Shown: positions 60,351 through 64,000 of the stretch, piece after piece
Numbering within the stretch: the stretch's first letter is position 1
Layout of the letters: every line of letters begins with the position of its first letter
NCBI GenBank assembly: GCA_964016885.1
Contig: OZ024761.1
Coordinates: forward strand, 13,826,001-13,890,000
Source: Eledone cirrhosa
Lineage: Eukaryota
Length of the DNA: 64,000 bases
Direction: 5' to 3'
Translations under genes and position numbers: made by a program
The notes under the pieces: model-generated
What the model saw: the letters and a program-made list of their open reading frames with translations, nothing else
Database searches by the model: none
What the model was told of the DNA's origin: nothing

Positions 60351-60582
60351 AAACCATAAGTAAATAAAACAAAGTATTTTTTCTGACACACATTCACACA
60401 TTCTGTGACAGATGGAAGTTTATTTATTATATCTATATATAATCTTTAATATCACAGCTATTTATTTCCTCTTAATCCATGTTTAATATTTATCATTCAA
60501 TAAATATTGTTTAGAAACGATTACACTCTATTATATTACCATCGATCTTGTTATTATCCCCCACCCCCTCGTTTCCATTTAA

Positions 60583-61162
60583 CCCTTTAGTATTTACATT
60601 ACTCTATATTTACTTTTGTATTTTCTGAGTAAACACTTTATTTCACATAATAATCTCACATGATATTGAATCTATGAGATTTTGATATTATTTATTTTGT
60701 GAGCAATACTTTAACACAAGTATGAGCAGCCGGTTACGGCTGGTTTGAACAGAAAAAGGTGAGAGAATTCTGGCCGGATATGGCCAGTTTAAATGCTAAA
60801 GGGTTAAAGAAACTACACTAATGTTATTGTCATGTAAAATTTATTGTTTGTCTTTTAATGGTTACTAGAGCAGCCGTGACCTGTTGGGTCACATTCACTT
60901 AGAAATATTTAAAAAAAATCATGTTCACTTAAAAATAATTTTAATGATTAACCCTTTAAGCATTTATATATACTCTTGTATTTTTGTGGTAAAAGCTTTA
61001 TCTTACATCATATCTCACATAAAATTGAATCTTTGAGATTTTGATATTATTTATTTTGAGAACAATACCTTAACATCAGTATGAGTGGCCAGTTACTGCC
61101 GGTTTGAAAAGAAAGAGGTTAGAGAATTCTGGCCAGATACGGCCGGTTTAAATGCTAAAGGG
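60583..61162. mobile_element. Two piggyBac-type MITEs (60583-60803 and 60952-61162)
   Basis: TTAA|CCCTTTA..AATGCTAAAGGG|TTAA in each. Confidence 0.9.
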
Positions 61163-61219
61163 TTAAAATACACACAGGCATGTCTCTCTCCTTCAATTTA
61201 CTCTCTCACAACCACTATC

Positions 61220-61395
61220 TCCAACAATTTTGTGGGAAGGGAATGTCGATTAAATCAACCGATTAAATCAACCCCAGTGTGTTACTGGTACTTTATTTTA
61301 TTGACCACCGTAAGGATGAAAGGTAAAGCTAACCTCGGTGGGATTTGAACTCAGAACGTAAAGGGCTGCAAAGCATGGTGTCCAACTCTCTACCC
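61220..61395 (-). mobile_element. SINE type 1
   Basis: ACTGGTACTTTATTTTATTGACC..GGATTTGAACTCAG. Confidence 0.8.
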
Positions 61396-61897
61396 AGTCT
61401 GCTGGACACAGTCTCGCAGTTCTTCAATCATTATTTATCAGATTTATAATGATTACAGCTTGGAGGTGGGTGAAAAGTATAGTTGATTAAATGATTAAGA
61501 GAGGAGTATGTTGGCATGTAGGAGTGATAAGGAAAGGAAAATGTGTGGAGATTAGGGTTACAATAAGAGTGAAGGTTAAAGTTAAAATACTTATAACCTT
61601 AGTCACCGCTTGCTTTTCTTTTATTCTCCTATCTTTGTCACACTCTTCTCTCAATCATCTACACCAGGCATGAGTCACTTAGGTGACTTAGGCGAGCCAT
61701 TCAGAAGGCTTCGCGGGCCGCAGGTTGCACATGACTGATCTACACTTTTCACCCACCTGACCTCAACTTTCTTTACTTCTGTAGTAGCCACTGGCTTACC
61801 GTTTTCTATCCTTAGGGAGATTTTTATCCGACTTCCATGGTGTTACCATTAACAGCATTCAGCTGTTATAACAGCAATTCCTTGCATTTGTGTTTAT

Positions 61898-62070
61898 ATC
61901 ATCATCATCATCATCATCGTTTAACGTTTATCTTCCACGCTAGCATGGGTTAGACGGGAGTTGACCCATTTGAGGTAAGATTGGTCGGGTGACCGTGTCT
62001 CACTCGTATAGGACTATCTGGCAGGTTTTCTACGGCTGGATGCCCTTACTAACACCAACTACATTTACAA
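61898..62070 (-). mobile_element. RTE tail fragment (another at 59185-59348, plus strand)
   Basis: (CAT)n GTTTAACG..GGCTGGATGCCCTT. Confidence 0.8.
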
Positions 62071-62294
62071 TCATTTTACTGTGGCCATGTTGGGAGGCCT
62101 CCATGATTTAGCCGATCATATTGACCCTACCACTTATTTGTTCCAGCCTAGTAACATATTTCATTGATCTGTAGATAAATCATACCTCCATTGTACATAG
62201 AATATTTACAATGTACCATATATTTTGAATTGAGGGTTTGCAGCTTCAGTAGATAAGTTGCTCTGTGTGACTTATACATAAGTATATACAGTGT

Positions 62295-62340
<46 letters not shown>

Positions 62341-62346
62341 ATAATA

Positions 62347-63121
62347 GAACACTGGTGGGTTATATCCATAGTTGTAGAGCACTCAGTCCATGGGATGAGT
62401 TTGGGAGAAGTAGTTCCATAACAGTTAGTTCACCATACCGAGAACAAATGTTTCACCTTATTCAGATCCTCAGCTCAGTAAAAAAAAAAAATTATTTTAG
62501 ACTGAGCTGAGGATCCGAAAAAGGTGAAACATTTGTTCTCGGTATGGTGAACTAACTGTTGTGTTACTACTTATATATATATGTGATAACAAGTTATCGT
62601 TTTAGGTAATCTGCTCTATGAGTACTCTGTACTATGGATAGTTTTAACGTACAGCGTTGTTTGACTCAACAAGAGGTTTCCTTAGTTAGGTAGCGAGTTT
62701 GCGAGAATTCACATGCAGGTTTTCCCATGATTTGATCAGAGACACACACTGTATTTAAGGTTGAGTGACGCAATTTTGAGTGATTAGCGGCCTTTAAACT
62801 CACCTGATCAATAAAACAGTTGTTAATACTGTAAATAAAACCCTTTTTGTACAGCCGACCATGTTATTCTTCACTCTTTCACTACTATATATATATATAT
62901 ATATAATAGTAGAACACTGTGGTAGTAGAGCACTCAGTCCATGGGATGAGTTTGGGAGAAGTAGTTCCATAACAGTTAGTTCACCATACTGAGAACAAAT
63001 GTTTCACCTTATTCAGATCCTCAGCTCAGTAAAAAAAAAAAATTATTTTAGACTGAGCTGAGGTTCTGAAAAAGGTGAAACATTTGTTCTCGGTATGGTG
63101 AACTAACTGTTGTGTTACTAC

Positions 63122-63125
<4 letters not shown>
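62347..63125 (-). mobile_element. Two near-identical family C hammerhead palindromes (62347-62572 and 62905-63125)
   Basis: Arms 62408-62479/62501-62572 and 62957-63030/63052-63125; ACTGAG-CTGAGGA-tCCgaaaaaGGt-GAAA-CATTTG-TT-CTCGGT. Confidence 0.85.
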
Positions 63126-63152
<27 letters not shown>

Positions 63153-63159
<7 letters not shown>

Positions 63160-63670
63160 AAATAAATAAGTCAAATATTTAAAATTTGGCTTCGTTTATT
63201 ACTGCTATATATATTTCGGTGACAGCCATCTTTGGCTGTGACCTCTCCAGGCAGTCCGAATTGGTGTGGTAGAGATGGGTACACATGTTGTTGAGGTGTT
63301 TAACTCAGTCAATACTCCAATATTCCCAGTTCCTGGCTGGGTTGTTATTTCTCTGAGGAACTGGAATCCTCAGAGAAATAACAACCCAGCCAGGAACTGG
63401 GCATATCGGAGTATTGACGGAGTTAAACACCTCAACAACATGTGTACCCATCTCTACCACACCAATTCGGACTGCCTGGAGAGGTCACAGCCAAAGATGG
63501 CTGTCACCGAAATATATATAGCAGTAATAAATGAAGCCAAATTTTAAATATTTGACTTATTTATTTTATTTTACATTACTCTGGAGTAACCAAACCAACC
63601 TGCGCACTTCATCGTGTGCTCCAATCTTCGTACTGAGGTGTCGGTAAACAACCAACATATACTCAAAATT
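63153..63670 (+). mobile_element. Hammerhead palindrome family F
   Basis: 207-bp arms 63153-63359 and 63367-63573, 7-nt loop, tail to 63670. Confidence 0.9.
63471..63525 (+). ncRNA. Minimal hammerhead ribozyme, A6G core variant (mirror on - strand 63201-63255)
   Basis: ACTGC-CTGGAGA-GGTcACAGCCAaagaTGGCTGTcACC-GAAA-TATATA-TA-GCAGT. Confidence 0.75.
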
Positions 63671-64000
63671 TATATATATATATATATATATAACGAATAA
63701 CTATCCTAAAGAGATTACGCAATAGTGATTGCCTAAACACGAGAAGTGAATTTTTCACACGTTGTCCACACGTCACCAAACATCTATTGCATAACTACAT
63801 GGCTCCGGACTGATTCTTTGTAATTTTATTTTTAATTCTTTTTATTTTATTTTCAACCTAAAAACTTTCCGGACTTTTGAAGTTATTTCCCTTACACCTC
63901 CCGCACGCAGTCTAGTATTGCCTGTGTGAAGTGACCGAGTTTCTGCGCCTGCGCGTTCATACGGTTGTCCTTCCTGTTCCTTATTACCATACACATCCCG

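Overview
Eukaryotic, repeat-saturated DNA with no confidently identifiable host gene. The repeat content (huge (TA)n arrays, tRNA-headed SINEs, RTE LINEs with (GAT)n tails) suggests an octopod cephalopod; this is inference. It contains many decayed RTE and CR1-like LINEs, a DD37D (maT) Tc1/mariner transposase, TTAA-flanked piggyBac-type MITEs, two tandem non-autonomous Helitrons, several minisatellites and one Penelope-like element (PLE; RT plus GIY-YIG, one in-frame TGA between them). The most notable signal is about 14 short non-coding inserts from at least 6 unrelated sequence families, almost all inside (TA)n. Each carries a type I hammerhead ribozyme fold (stem I - CUGANGA - stem II - GAAA - stem III - NUH - stem I), and most are long fold-back palindromes with one ribozyme per strand plus a one-sided tail. 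One insert of the same architecture carries a tRNA-like cloverleaf instead. All folds and alignments were done by eye, so boundaries are approximate and no activity is demonstrated.
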